A stretch of DNA of 61,930 nucleotides, filler included, from Hausera hauseri (taxonomy: Eukaryota): NCBI GenBank assembly GCA_046269625.1. It is 12 parts of 12 records of this genome, joined end to end, with 100 filler letters (N's around TTAATTAATTAA, not from the genome) between each part and the next. Parts side by side here need not be neighbours in the genome. Positions count along the whole stretch, not along the records: positions 1 to 4,759 come from JBJURY010447357.1; positions 4,860 to 8,963 come from JBJURY010759762.1; positions 9,064 to 17,361 come from JBJURY010695437.1; 9 more parts are not named here. One strand, written 5' to 3'. The number at the start of each line of letters is the position of its first letter. Position 1 is the first letter of the stretch. The position numbers and the translations under genes were made by a program. The notes beneath the pieces were generated by a model, which worked only from the letters and a program-made list of their open reading frames with translations, was not told where the DNA came from and did not search any database. Of this stretch, positions 1-10,559 are shown piece by piece.

Positions 1-19
1 ATATAAGACTCTCTGTGAA

Positions 20-1290
20 TTGATCATTGTACGCATTAAAATGACAGAACCAGAAACGAGATATTTTGCTAAATCTGTTTCGTATACATTGAAATATTTA
101 CATTCGAATAAAATCATTCACCACAATATCAAACTAGAAAATGTTTTTCTTAATGAGTCCACGATGGGGAAAGTTGGTGATTTCGGTTTGTTAGTTAAAC
201 TGAAACCAAGCATTGGGAGAATTCTTATGAAATGTGGTACGCCGAATTATATTGCTCCGGGAACGCTGAGCAATTTATCTCATTCATATAAAGTTGATAG
301 GTGGGCATTAGGATGTATAATGTACGTGCTCCTGGTTGGCAAACCTCCATTTGAATACCATACTCAACATGCGACTTTTGAAAAAATCAAAAATAACAAT
401 TACCAAACCTCTTGTACAGTTAGTATGGAAGCCGAAAATGTTATAAATTTATTAAATAAAGACGATAAGTTACGTCCGAATGCCTACGAATTACTTCACA
501 AACCTTTTTTGTAAAAAGTTTACTCCAAAATGTTTGCCAATCAATTGTTTAGGAACAGTTCCACGACTCGATAATATATCTCGCAACAGTAATCCACCAA
601 TCGCCCTTCACAAGATTCCATGTTCATCTGAAACTATGCGGTCATATCTAGAAATTCTTAGCGAACAATTGAAAGAGTTGATTTCAAACTCAAAACTACT
701 TGTTGACGAATTACAAATTAATTCAATCATGAATATAGAGAAAATCCTGAACTTATCCCAATATTTTGGAAATCGAGTTGGGTCAGTTCGTTCGGAAATT
801 ATTTTTATTACGTGTTGAATGACGCATTATCTGGTTGTTGTTTTGACGATTTAACGACATTATTGTTGATAAATAACAACATCAATGTCCAATATATCGA
901 TATCGATGGTTATGAAACCCTGCTCACACTGTTGAACGCACCTAAATATTTACAAAATAAATTGAAGACCTTTCTAACACTTCTGAAAAATTCTAAAATA
1001 TTGATAAAGATGGGTGAAGAGAAAGAAAATGTGCCAGAAGGAGATTCGATGGTAAGGTTACCGTTTTTGCAAGCGTGGTGTATTTCAAAGTTAGGAAAAG
1101 TTTTTTTCTTAGCAATAACACTTTTCAAGTAAATTTTATCGCCGAATATAAAGTCATTTTGTGTCCAAAACTCTCCGCCGTTCCCTTTATCGATCACTCG
1201 GACAATTTCAATGTATATTCATGGAACAAACTCCGGTCTTATAGAATCTTAAAATGTCTCCAGGTCAGGTTAATTTGTTGCCAAAATCAA
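20..1290 (+). pseudogene. Polo-like kinase fragment (C-terminal kinase lobe plus degenerate polo boxes), frameshifted
   Basis: IIHHNIKLENVFL (degenerate HRDLKLGN), GDFG, CGTPNYIAP, VDRWALGCIMY..LVGKPPFE. Polo-box-like GCCFDDLT..L, PFLQAW and FLSNNTFQVNF...KVILCP follow in other frames. Confidence 0.85.
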
Positions 1291-1299
1291 ATGAGCAGC

Positions 1300-3120
1300 C
1301 ACGAGGTGAACCAAACAATTCTCAATTTGAATCACACGATAACCAATCAAGTATCATGGGATAATATAAAAGAAAAGGTAAAAGACGATCAAGAAGTAAG
1401 TGATCCCATTGCATCTATAGTAGTCGATTTAAATTTTCAAAACAATGAGATTATTTTACGATTAAGAGATACGTTTGATGAAGATAAATTGAATTTTGTT
1501 GACATAGCTTTAAATTTATCTGAAAATGCATTTGGGAATGCTCGTTTTTATTTCAGCACAAAAAAGCTGTCAGTACCAAAGAACAAAATCATATGTTCGT
1601 CCGAAAAAGCTATTAAGTCAACAGTGATTAAAACTAAGCAAATGTTAAAAGACGTTCAACCCATTGCCAAAATCAATAAACTGCGCAAAGTGCATTGGTT
1701 TGAAAAGTTCGACTGGCTTAATTCCAGTGAAAATTACCTAATCGTTGGTGGAAAAGATCAACAGCAGAGTGAAATGCTGGTGAAAAGGTATCTTCGACCT
1801 GGTGATATTTACGTTCACGGTGATATTCACGGCGCGTCAACTGTTATTGTTAAAAATCACAATTATCCTAATAAACCCGGTATGCCTCTAATGACATTGA
1901 CCGAAGCTGGTTACGCATCAGTTGTATATAGCAGTTCATGGGAGTCCAAAGTAGCCTCTGGAGCATGGTGGGTATGTCACGATTAGGTAATCAAGACGGC
2001 CCCTATCGGTGAATACCTAACGACCGGTGCTTTCATAGTCCGTCGAAAAAAGAATTATCTGCCGGTGACTTCACCAGTTTTGGGGTTTGCAAACCTATTC
2101 AAATTATCTCATGAATCGGTCAGTAATCATATTAACGATAGACGTGTAAGACTCATTGAAACCACCTTAAAAACGTTGGAGGAAAATGTTGATGATTTCG
2201 AAGAGGTTTCAGAATCTGAATCATCGAGTGATAGTAAAGACGCTGCAGCAGTGTATGAATTTCCCGATATGAAACTTCAAATAAATTTAAAAGACACCCC
2301 AATCATTCAAGCCGTTGAAAGTTACGACTTCACAGATCAAAGCCGACATAAATGTTTCAGCAATTGAAAAGAAAAAGTTTAAAAAATCGAAATTGAAAGG
2401 CGACGAGTTGCAGGTAATTGATGAAAACAAAAAACAGGATAGTGACGTATCTGACGTTGAATCAAACGATGCACCACCAACAATCACTGCCAGTGAATCC
2501 AATTTTAGTCAGTCGTCAGAAAATAAGCAACCGTTAAGTAAGCATCAAAAAAAAATAAATTGAATAAAATTCAGAAGAAATACAAAGACCAGGATGATGA
2601 AGATCGTCAAATCAGAGTGGCAATTTTGCAGTGTAAAAATCCTTATCAGGAAGATGAACATTTAAAGCACTTGACAAAAAATTAAATTCGAAAGCAAGCT
2701 GAAGACCTTAAGAAGAAAAGAGCAGGAGAAAAGGCAGCAGCAGCAGCTGCAGCCAGACAGATACAGAAGCTCCTACAGAAAATTACGGAGAAGGTTAAAA
2801 ATCAGCTGAGTGACGATGAAGACCGCCACGAAGAACATATTGCCACTGATCTGTCCATGGTAAATACACTCACTTGCATGCCTGTTGTTGAAGATGAATT
2901 ATTGTTTGCCGCACTATACCAAACCATCCGAGGCTATAAATTTAAATTGAAAATGATACCCGGTGCCTGTAAACGTGACAAAGCTGGCGAAACTATTCCG
3001 TTTAATTTCACCAATGATAAAACGGCATCGATTCCGAAAAAAGAATTGATAAAAGAATTAAAAGACCAAGATATTACTAGAAATTTTCCGGATCGTGTAA
3101 AAATATACGCTCCAAATGTC
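1300..3120 (+). pseudogene. NEMF: NEMF/Rqc2 C-terminal two-thirds (NFACT-R and NFACT-C), with stops and frameshifts
   Basis: KVHWFEKFDWLNSSENYLIVGGKDQQQSEMLVKRYLRPGDIYVHGDIHGAS; AWWV; KKYKDQDDEDR; [12 protein letters not shown]...[10 protein letters not shown]. Confidence 0.9.
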
Positions 3121-3540
3121 AACAAAGAAAGAATTTATGCATTTGAACGAGTATTTTTGGGTATAATAATAATCATGGGTTCGAATTATGTTGTTGATAA
3201 GAAAGAATGCTTTTGTGAGAAAAGCATCCGAAGAACAAACGTGATGGTGGGAAGGTGTGTACAGGCCATCGAAGATGTGCCGTGTGGTAATAATCGCGAT
3301 CTTGTTGATGTTGATCAATCCTTGGTTAAAACTGAGACAATAACCATTCATCACCAAGTATATAACCTTCGAGTTATGAAATTCAGTGTGAGTTCAGTTA
3401 TTCGATCCGCTGTTGAACATAAAAATCCCGCTAATTTACCGAAATTAGTTAAGGGTTTAAAACTATTAGCTAAATTAGATCCAATAGTTCAAGGTAATAT
3501 GAAAGAATCCGAATAAAGTGCCATGGCTGGTGCTGGCGAA
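3121..3540 (+). pseudogene. Elongation factor 2 internal fragment (domain II-III), fused in frame to the NEMF tail
   Basis: [75 protein letters not shown]. Confidence 0.9.
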
Positions 3541-3665
3541 TACCAGTCGTTGTTAATAGGTCAATATCTGACTGAGATTGATCTAATGAAATCACTGAAC
3601 AGCTGTTTGAATGCAAAAATCGTACTGGGAACGATAACCGACATACAAGAGGCAATTCGTTGGGC
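3541..3665 (+). pseudogene. Ski2-like helicase fragment (Brr2/ASCC3/HFM1 family, winged-helix region)
   Basis: YQSLL.GQ...E..L...L...LNAKIVLGTITDIQEAIRW resembles the family motif LNAEIVLGTI....A..W. Confidence 0.7.
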
Positions 3666-4759
3666 GCTAGTCCATCCGCTAGTTTTCGTCAGAATTAGTT
3701 TCGATCAAAGAAAGAAATAGAAAAACTTAACGGCTCTCCTTAGAGCTACAATTATTGATTTTGATTGGGTTTCAGATCCCCTTAAAAAATTCGCAGTAAT
3801 TATTTTAGTAGAAACTAGCCGAAATTACGGAAACAAAATTAAAGTTCACCTTATTGGTCGGGTAGAAACTCAACTTCATAACGGAAGAATTACCGGACTT
3901 GGGAGATGTGAAATCAAAGACATCGAACTGAAGAACCGAATCACAAAATGCGAGATCAAAGAGAAGACCAAATTAGCTAATGAAAAGGTCAGTCTTTCTA
4001 CATTGTTATATATGCTGTCGTCAGTCGCCTACACCCCCCACTCTGGGCTTCCCGCTGGTAGACATTGCGCTAAAACCTATTGGGAAAAATTGCAGAATGT
4101 TTATATTACTCTCTCAGGCTATGTAAATATAAATACTACATTAACCGATGTATAAATAAGCCCGGTCCTATCTGAGATTTTATCTTCATAAATAATTGTA
4201 AAAGGCACAAAATTTACCATCTTCACAAATACGTCGTTATTTTTATATTGCGCCAGACCCGAAATAACATTACAACAGATAGTTGGAGATTAAAAATAAA
4301 GAGTAACCAACTATTTGTTGAAAGGTATCACCCACTAAATAAACATCATATAAATAAAAGGTCCGAATTTAGGTTAGTTTTATCAGATAAAAGGATATTA
4401 ATTCCAAAGGAGAGTAAGAAAAAATACGTCAATTTTATCCAGGATATAAGCAGCGCTTTAAAAATTGCCAGTTTGTGCTTTGAAGAAAAAGTAGTTCTTG
4501 ATATGAATGTTCATGTATATATGACTGGAGTGGATGTTTTATCAGTAGCCGTAAATGAACCCGAAAGCCTAGCAAAGCTGAAGAGTTCGCTTCAAAATGG
4601 ATGAAGCAAATTTAGAAGGAAGTTATTGGTATCGAACTTGTCAGAGTTGAATTTGGTGTTATTGGTCCTCATGAAAAATTTTAGTTTTGGAAAAAACAAA
4701 TGACACGGTTTAATTCATTAGTAAACCAGCTGAAGCAGAAACCAGTTATAAATACGCTG

Positions 4760-4859
4760 NNNNNNNNNNNNNNNNNNNNNNNNNNNNNNNNNNNNNNNNN
4801 NNNTTAATTAATTAANNNNNNNNNNNNNNNNNNNNNNNNNNNNNNNNNNNNNNNNNNNN
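4760..4859. other. Artificial contig spacer (N-run + TTAATTAATTAA + N-run). The same spacer occurs at 8964, 17362, 22460, 28440, 32846, 38055, 42844, 47830, 53242 and 57311.
   Basis: Identical 100-nt N spacers with a six-frame stop linker, 11 times in the window. Confidence 0.98.
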
Positions 4860-5240
4860 GTTTCGGCGGTTGTTGTTGTATCAGTGTCTGAATAGCGTCA
4901 GCAATCTCTTTACCGGATTTAGATTTCACGGCAATTTCACGTGCAAAACGACTAAACACATCAACACATGTCAGCACGTACCGATACCCATCGTTGATGA
5001 TGGCGTACGGAATCATTTCCATCAGATACATTTGCCATACGTTATTTACACCGGCTTGTTTATACCGGTTTGTTTAGTCTGTATGCTAACTGTTTCCCGA
5101 GCCAACGTTGGGTCTGTTTCCGAATCTGTTTGACAGTCTTTGCCAGTTTGTCGACGCCGGTATATCCGACGGGATGACGTGGGTCGAACCGCACGTCGCC
5201 CATCGTTGCTGTCGGTGATATCGTTTTTGTTAGCATTACA
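4860..5240 (-). pseudogene. Polinton integrase, N-terminal part (truncated by the contig end)
   Basis: FDPRHPVGYTGVDKL...WL..QLAY.LNKP; WQM(Y/D)LMEM..YA..NDGYRYVLTCVDVFSRFA..IAVKSKSG.EIA. Confidence 0.88.
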
Positions 5241-5347
5241 ACAATTAAAACGAAATGTATGTAAAAGATTCGGTAAACTGGGGCAAAATGCTGAAAAACA
5301 TGCACTCATATCACAGAATCATCATATACGTACCGTCATTGTTCATA

Positions 5348-5670
5348 CTATGCTGTTGCAGAACCAAAGATTGTACCCAGTAATGATGTGACAATCGGTA
5401 GAATTGCACAAAGAAATCCGCCGTCTTGCTGGTACATGACCTCTCGTTTCATTCGGTTACTACGGGCGTTGGCAAGGAAAATGAGTCGTTTTCGATAATT
5501 CAGCAAATTCCGCTTTCCACTACCAATGTCAACGTGACCCACAACGATATTATATAAAATTTCCATCAAATCATCTACTACAAATTGCAGGAATAATAGT
5601 AGTATGTTTCGCTTATGTCTCGTAGGTGCCGTGAGCAAAGAAATAAAGTACGACTAACTACGTTTGAATC
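5348..5670 (-). CDS. Small Polinton protein with a C-terminal GG-FL amphipathic tail (cupiennin-like/pVI-like)
   Basis: EILYNIVVGHV...KREVMYQQDGGFLCAILPIVTSLLGTIFG, lying between the ATPase and integrase. Confidence 0.6.
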
Positions 5671-5899
5671 CCATTTTTGACGTATTGATGTTGATGAGAC
5701 GTAGTTGTTTATAACCGTTGCCTCTGAGATGGTAATTTGCGTCTAGTTGTTCTAAGCACAGAACTGATTAATCGCTTGACTGTAGCGGTGGTTCGTTCTG
5801 ATACACGATTCTTGCCGCCGGACACCCGCTTGATATGTTTACGCTTTACAATTGTTTGTTGGAAATTCTTCATTTTATCACAAGAGTGTCGTCGATTTT

Positions 5900-6494
5900 C
5901 GAATTTGGTTATAGACACATACAACCTTCTGATTAAAAATTTCTGTTCGTACACGCATGCGGTTTGTGCGGAGCATCATGATATGCATCTATCAAGTAGG
6001 CTCGGTTGTGAGGAAATGCTTGTCGTGCAAGATAATCAATGATAGTCTGATCACGGGGATTTTTGAACAACACCAAATAGTGTACGTTTATATTTCTTAT
6101 TCGATGCTGTCCGCCCTGATGGAACATGTTTTGCGTAACGAAAATATCCGTAACGCCACGGTGCCGTGCAATCTTCGTGAACAAGTTGTTGAAGTCAGAT
6201 TGTTTCGGAGCTTCCTGAAATAAATCGTCAATGACAATAACATCACAGTTGTGTAATCTCTCTGACCAGTTCTCATAAAATCAATCAATTACCGTTATCA
6301 ATTTCAGTTTACAAAATTCCCGATGTGTCAGACAAGACCCACCATCATCACCAACACTCTGATGCCAGTATATGTGATTGTACCGCGGTGAATTGAACAT
6401 GTTACGGTAGTTCTGCAATAGATTACACAAACTATATTTTGCCACTTCCATTGGGGTCTACAATCTGGAAAATGGCATCATTCTGCAGCTTCAT
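5900..6494 (-). pseudogene. A32/FtsK-like packaging ATPase of a Polinton, disrupted
   Basis: Degenerate Walker A IVDPNGSGK near the ATG at 6494; IVIDDL Walker B; FTK..RHRG..DIFVTQN.F; NVHYLVLFKNPRD...I.YLARQ. Confidence 0.85.
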
Positions 6495-6595
6495 TTAATA
6501 ATAGTAATAATAATAATGCAACCTTTCCTCACCACATGATTTATTTATAATCGTGTTACACGCATGTAAATAGCTATAGTATAAATACTGTTTCC

Positions 6596-7072
6596 ATAAT
6601 ATTAGCTAACATCAACTATTGCGGACATGTTACCGAGTGTGACATTAACACACTACCTTTTAATCAATAAAAGCCGAGGCATTATATCTTCAAATGTCTA
6701 CTAGATTTTACATGCATCATATTTCAATCAGGAAAGTGTCGTATTATGGGTTTTCGCAAACCAGTCACAGTTGATAAACTACTACCATTCGGGATTGTCA
6801 TTGACCAAATTCAATCAATAACGGTAACGACTCAGTTAGACTACCACCAAACAATCAATCTGTAAAAATTAACAATGGCCCCTGCTGAATGTACATGTAA
6901 ACCCGAACTGTTTCCTGCGCTGAGACTAACATTGTTTCGCCCACTTTGTGTCAGTGTGTTTAGCAGTGGAAAAACTGTTGTACTCGGTATTCGTACAGTG
7001 GACTATGAACTGATTATTAGTCAAAGTAAAAATCACATAAATGTTTTAGTGAATCAAAACAACAAACTATAA
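6596..7072 (+). pseudogene. TATA-binding-protein-like gene (two TBP repeats) with two in-frame stops
   Basis: One frame reads ANINY...CIIFQSGKCRIMG (repeat 1), then IQSITVT...INL*KL...KPELFPAL...VFSSGKTVVLG (repeat 2). These match the TBP motifs YEPELFPGL and IF.SGK.V..G. Confidence 0.75.
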
Positions 7073-7811
7073 ATACTATTCCTATGCTTATTTAGACATT
7101 ACTGCCATGGAAGACGACGAAAACAACGAAATGATTCTACTCAATGATGCCAATGATGAAAGTTCAAATTAGTCGTGGTTGCTTGGCTACAAAAAGCACA
7201 ATTCTAATAGAAAACTGCTGGAACTACCTATTCGACAATTAGAAAAACCAGGTGATTGCCTGCTCAGAAAGCAGCAGCAGCAGCAAAGCCGACGTTAAAA
7301 AGGCAAAATAAAATTATTGTAATACGTAAACGAAAATCAAAACCGTCGTGCGAAACACAAATATTTTTACCGAAACGAATTTTTCGCAAGAACAAAATGC
7401 ATTTTCTACAAGCGCCCGTACTGATTTCGTTGAATGATCCCGTGTCGCTATGCACACCCAAGTACAGCTATCGTGCAAAAACGGCTTTGGATGAAAATTA
7501 AACGTGGATTTAAAGTTGAACGAAACGATCGTGGAACAGCAATCTGTCGATTTACTGGCGCAGAAAACGAAATTGTTTAATTTTATCGGTCACGAAATGT
7601 CTCATGTACCACATGATAATAGTTTAAAGTGTCGACTAAATATTGAATTGCAAGGATACAAGGAAAAAGCCTGTGTCAAAAACCCGATTGGCGTGTAGCT
7701 GATGTATATTTTAATTATCAATAAATTTTGTTTTACCATTCTTCTTCTTCTTTCATCAACCCAATTAACGTGTATAAATATACCTGTAATTTTAATATTG
7801 GAATAAGAATA

Positions 7812-8291
7812 ATGATAATGAATGATATAAGTATTATCTTAATAGACGAAAATGCCTTTGTACCGCGACATGTTACGGCAAACAGTGCAGGCTACGATGT
7901 GTTTGTCAATGTCAATATGAAAATTCCGGACTGCACAATCAAATGCGTAACGACTGGGATTCAGTTGGCCATTCCAACGGGTTATTACGGCCAACTGATA
8001 TCGAAAATCGGACTGGCAAAACTCGGATTAACGGTTGTGGGCGGTGTTATTGATTCGGACTTTTGTGGTGAAATTAAAGTGCTGCTGGAAAACCAATCCG
8101 GCAAACTGTATGATTTTTCGAGAGGCAGTGCAATCGCACAAATCGTTTTTCTTTGCTATGAAAAGGCGGAATTCAGTATAATGTCACCGGAACAATGGAG
8201 ATTGTTTTACCTTAATGAATCGACAACAATAACACGAAATGAACGGAAAGAATTTGGCTTTGGTGATATGGACAAGACCGCCTATGTTTAA
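7812..8291 (+). CDS. dUTPase (trimeric type); open frame but motifs 2 and 5 are degenerate
   Basis: SAGYDV, TGIQLAIPTGYYG, GLTVVGGVIDSDFCGEIKVLLEN, AIAQIV, ER..FGFG. Confidence 0.92.
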   Translation: MIMNDISIILIDENAFVPRHVTANSAGYDVFVNVNMKIPDCTIKCVTTGIQLAIPTGYYGQLISKIGLAKLGLTVVGGVIDSDFCGEIKVLLENQSGKLYDFSRGSAIAQIVFLCYEKAEFSIMSPEQWRLFYLNESTTITRNERKEFGFGDMDKTAYV

Positions 8292-8365
8292 TTATTGTGA
8301 TATTAATAACTGTTAGTTGCTTTGCTTGTGTTATAAACAAAAAATGATTTTGTACATGATAAGTA

Positions 8366-8860
8366 ATGTCGACAGGATTTATAAATATTGAAGCTTTGAA
8401 AAATGATAATGCCCGGTGCCTGATAAACGAATTATGCATTATGGATGTCGGTAACATTTTCGAACCGCTTGTGTACATATTCAAATACTCTATTGTGTTG
8501 AAAGGCCTGACGGAAAAATTGAAAATTACAAACGGATTTCTCTTTTGACATCGTCACGGACTACATTGGTACGTAAGGAATTCAATTTTCTGTGTTACAT
8601 GTATTATAGGAGAAATTTGTGATCGTTTTGACATTGAAAATACAATATTTTACATTAAAGATCAAAATAGCAGACAAAAGTTTACACAACTCCATTCACA
8701 GTTTCCCGAGTTGCGAATGACAACGTATTCAACATCAGCATTAAACAGCTCGCTGACGATGGTAGCTGACAACATCCGATGTCCGTATCGTGATCATGGA
8801 ACGCATTGTGCTTACTAAAAATGTCTACGGCTTTGTATTGACTATATTTCATGCAAATAA
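8366..8860 (+). pseudogene. DEDD-type exonuclease-like Polinton accessory gene, disrupted
   Basis: FINIEA...INELCI (ExoI-like), HGLHW, and a C-terminal Cys/His cluster ending HCA; stops present. Confidence 0.5.
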
Positions 8861-10559
8861 ATAAATGTATTTCTTTGTTTCTTTTTTCTTTCCGTAAATA
8901 AGTTACGTTGTATTGGTCAGTTGAATAATTCAAAAACTATACACGCGTGTAGGAAATAATATTNNNNNNNNNNNNNNNNNNNNNNNNNNNNNNNNNNNNN
9001 NNNNNNNTTAATTAATTAANNNNNNNNNNNNNNNNNNNNNNNNNNNNNNNNNNNNNNNNNNNNTGAACAAATCGATGGCACGGGAGTTCGCAATGATGGA
9101 TAGTCACAAGGAACAGACTGGTCGTTTGGTGAAGAATTAATTTTCAAATTTCTAAGATGTGTCGTAGACTTTGGATCGAATGTTGTCGATGAATTGTTCG
9201 AATTACCAACTCCCATTATTAAAGAATTCGATCGAATATCATTCAAAATTCCAGTTCGTAAACTAACACCATTGTAATTCGTTAAGTGATTAGAATAAGG
9301 CAACGTGATTACACAGCAAGGAAAACTTTTTATATACAAAATAGGTTTGTTACCAACATGAAATGTTCATAATTTTTTATTCGATTTCAAAACTTTTTTA
9401 CACCGGTTCTGCATACCAATATTTAAACACCTGCTTTAATAAAATTTCTTATATACAAATCATCCATAGGATGAATGTGGGCACCACATTACTCCCCGTG
9501 GCAAGGTTGGTACTGCCGGGAGGGACGCACCAAAGGTCTTCTGGTAACCAGACTTCTGAATCCTGATGATTGATCATATTTCCGTTATACACCGATTTGT
9601 TCTGTTGCAACTGAAGTCATGATGTGAATAACGAATGGGCAAACTCGGATTCTTTTTGATTCGCTATAATCTTTTTAGCATTACTCGGTATTCGACAATC
9701 AATACATGAAACACTCGTCGAATTCAAATTCCGTTTAACAAACGAGGTGGGTAAGCAGGAATTGTTACTGGTAGGATATTTTACCTCAACGGATGGTATT
9801 TTTGCGTCCAAATTCGACTCAACTGCTCTGGAAGACGGAATGTTACTCAGCTGTTCAAGAGATATCTTGTTGTTATTATGATAATTCAACGTATTGTCCG
9901 GATCCAGCGAACTTTTCAAATTGGTTTTATGGTCACAATTTGATGAAAAACATACGTTACATTTAGGCTTAATAGATCCATCGCCATTTGTTGTCGTGAG
10001 CAAATGCTCTGAGAAGTTGTTCGAACAATCGTCGATTTTTTTCATTTTATTATGTGCTCGATCAAATGACGAATTGATATCATCACAATCTGATTCCCGA
10101 GAACGTTTGTGGGATTCGCGATAATGCAAATAGTTTGAGTAGCTTGTTTTTTCTGAATCATGTGATGATTTAGATTTTTCGGTATTGGTCGAATCGACAG
10201 AAGTAACACTAGTCATGCTCGGTGCATAGTCGATGGAAAAATAAAGCAATTTCTGAATTTACCCGAGACGTAGAAATGGTACGTAAAAGTCTGTTTGATG
10301 TGTTTCGACTATTAGAGAATTGGTCTCTCCTGGTTCCACCGGCTGATGCAAAACGATTGATCCTAATGGGTCCGTGATTATTAAAAAATGTTGGACTTCT
10401 GCCCGTTGTACAGCGACTGTGTACAGATGTGGGCTTCTGACACCAATGTTAATATCAGTCATTTTGGTTTCACGACATATAAAATTCAAATTTCAATGTA
10501 GAGGCGATAACTTTTTTTTCAAAATAAAAATTTGTTGGGCTTCTTTAAAAAACAAAGGG

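Larger units (their letters stand above)
4860..8963. mobile_element. Degenerate Polinton/Maverick (adintovirus-like) internal segment
   Basis: Cluster of retroviral-like integrase, packaging ATPase, GGFL small protein, dUTPase and DEDD-like nuclease in a divergent arrangement. Confidence 0.85.

Noticed and set aside
4248-4759. Naming the host-like fragment KIASLCFEEKVVLD... and the ORFs at 9617-10249 and 16900-17121
   Set aside because: I could not recognise a family with confidence.
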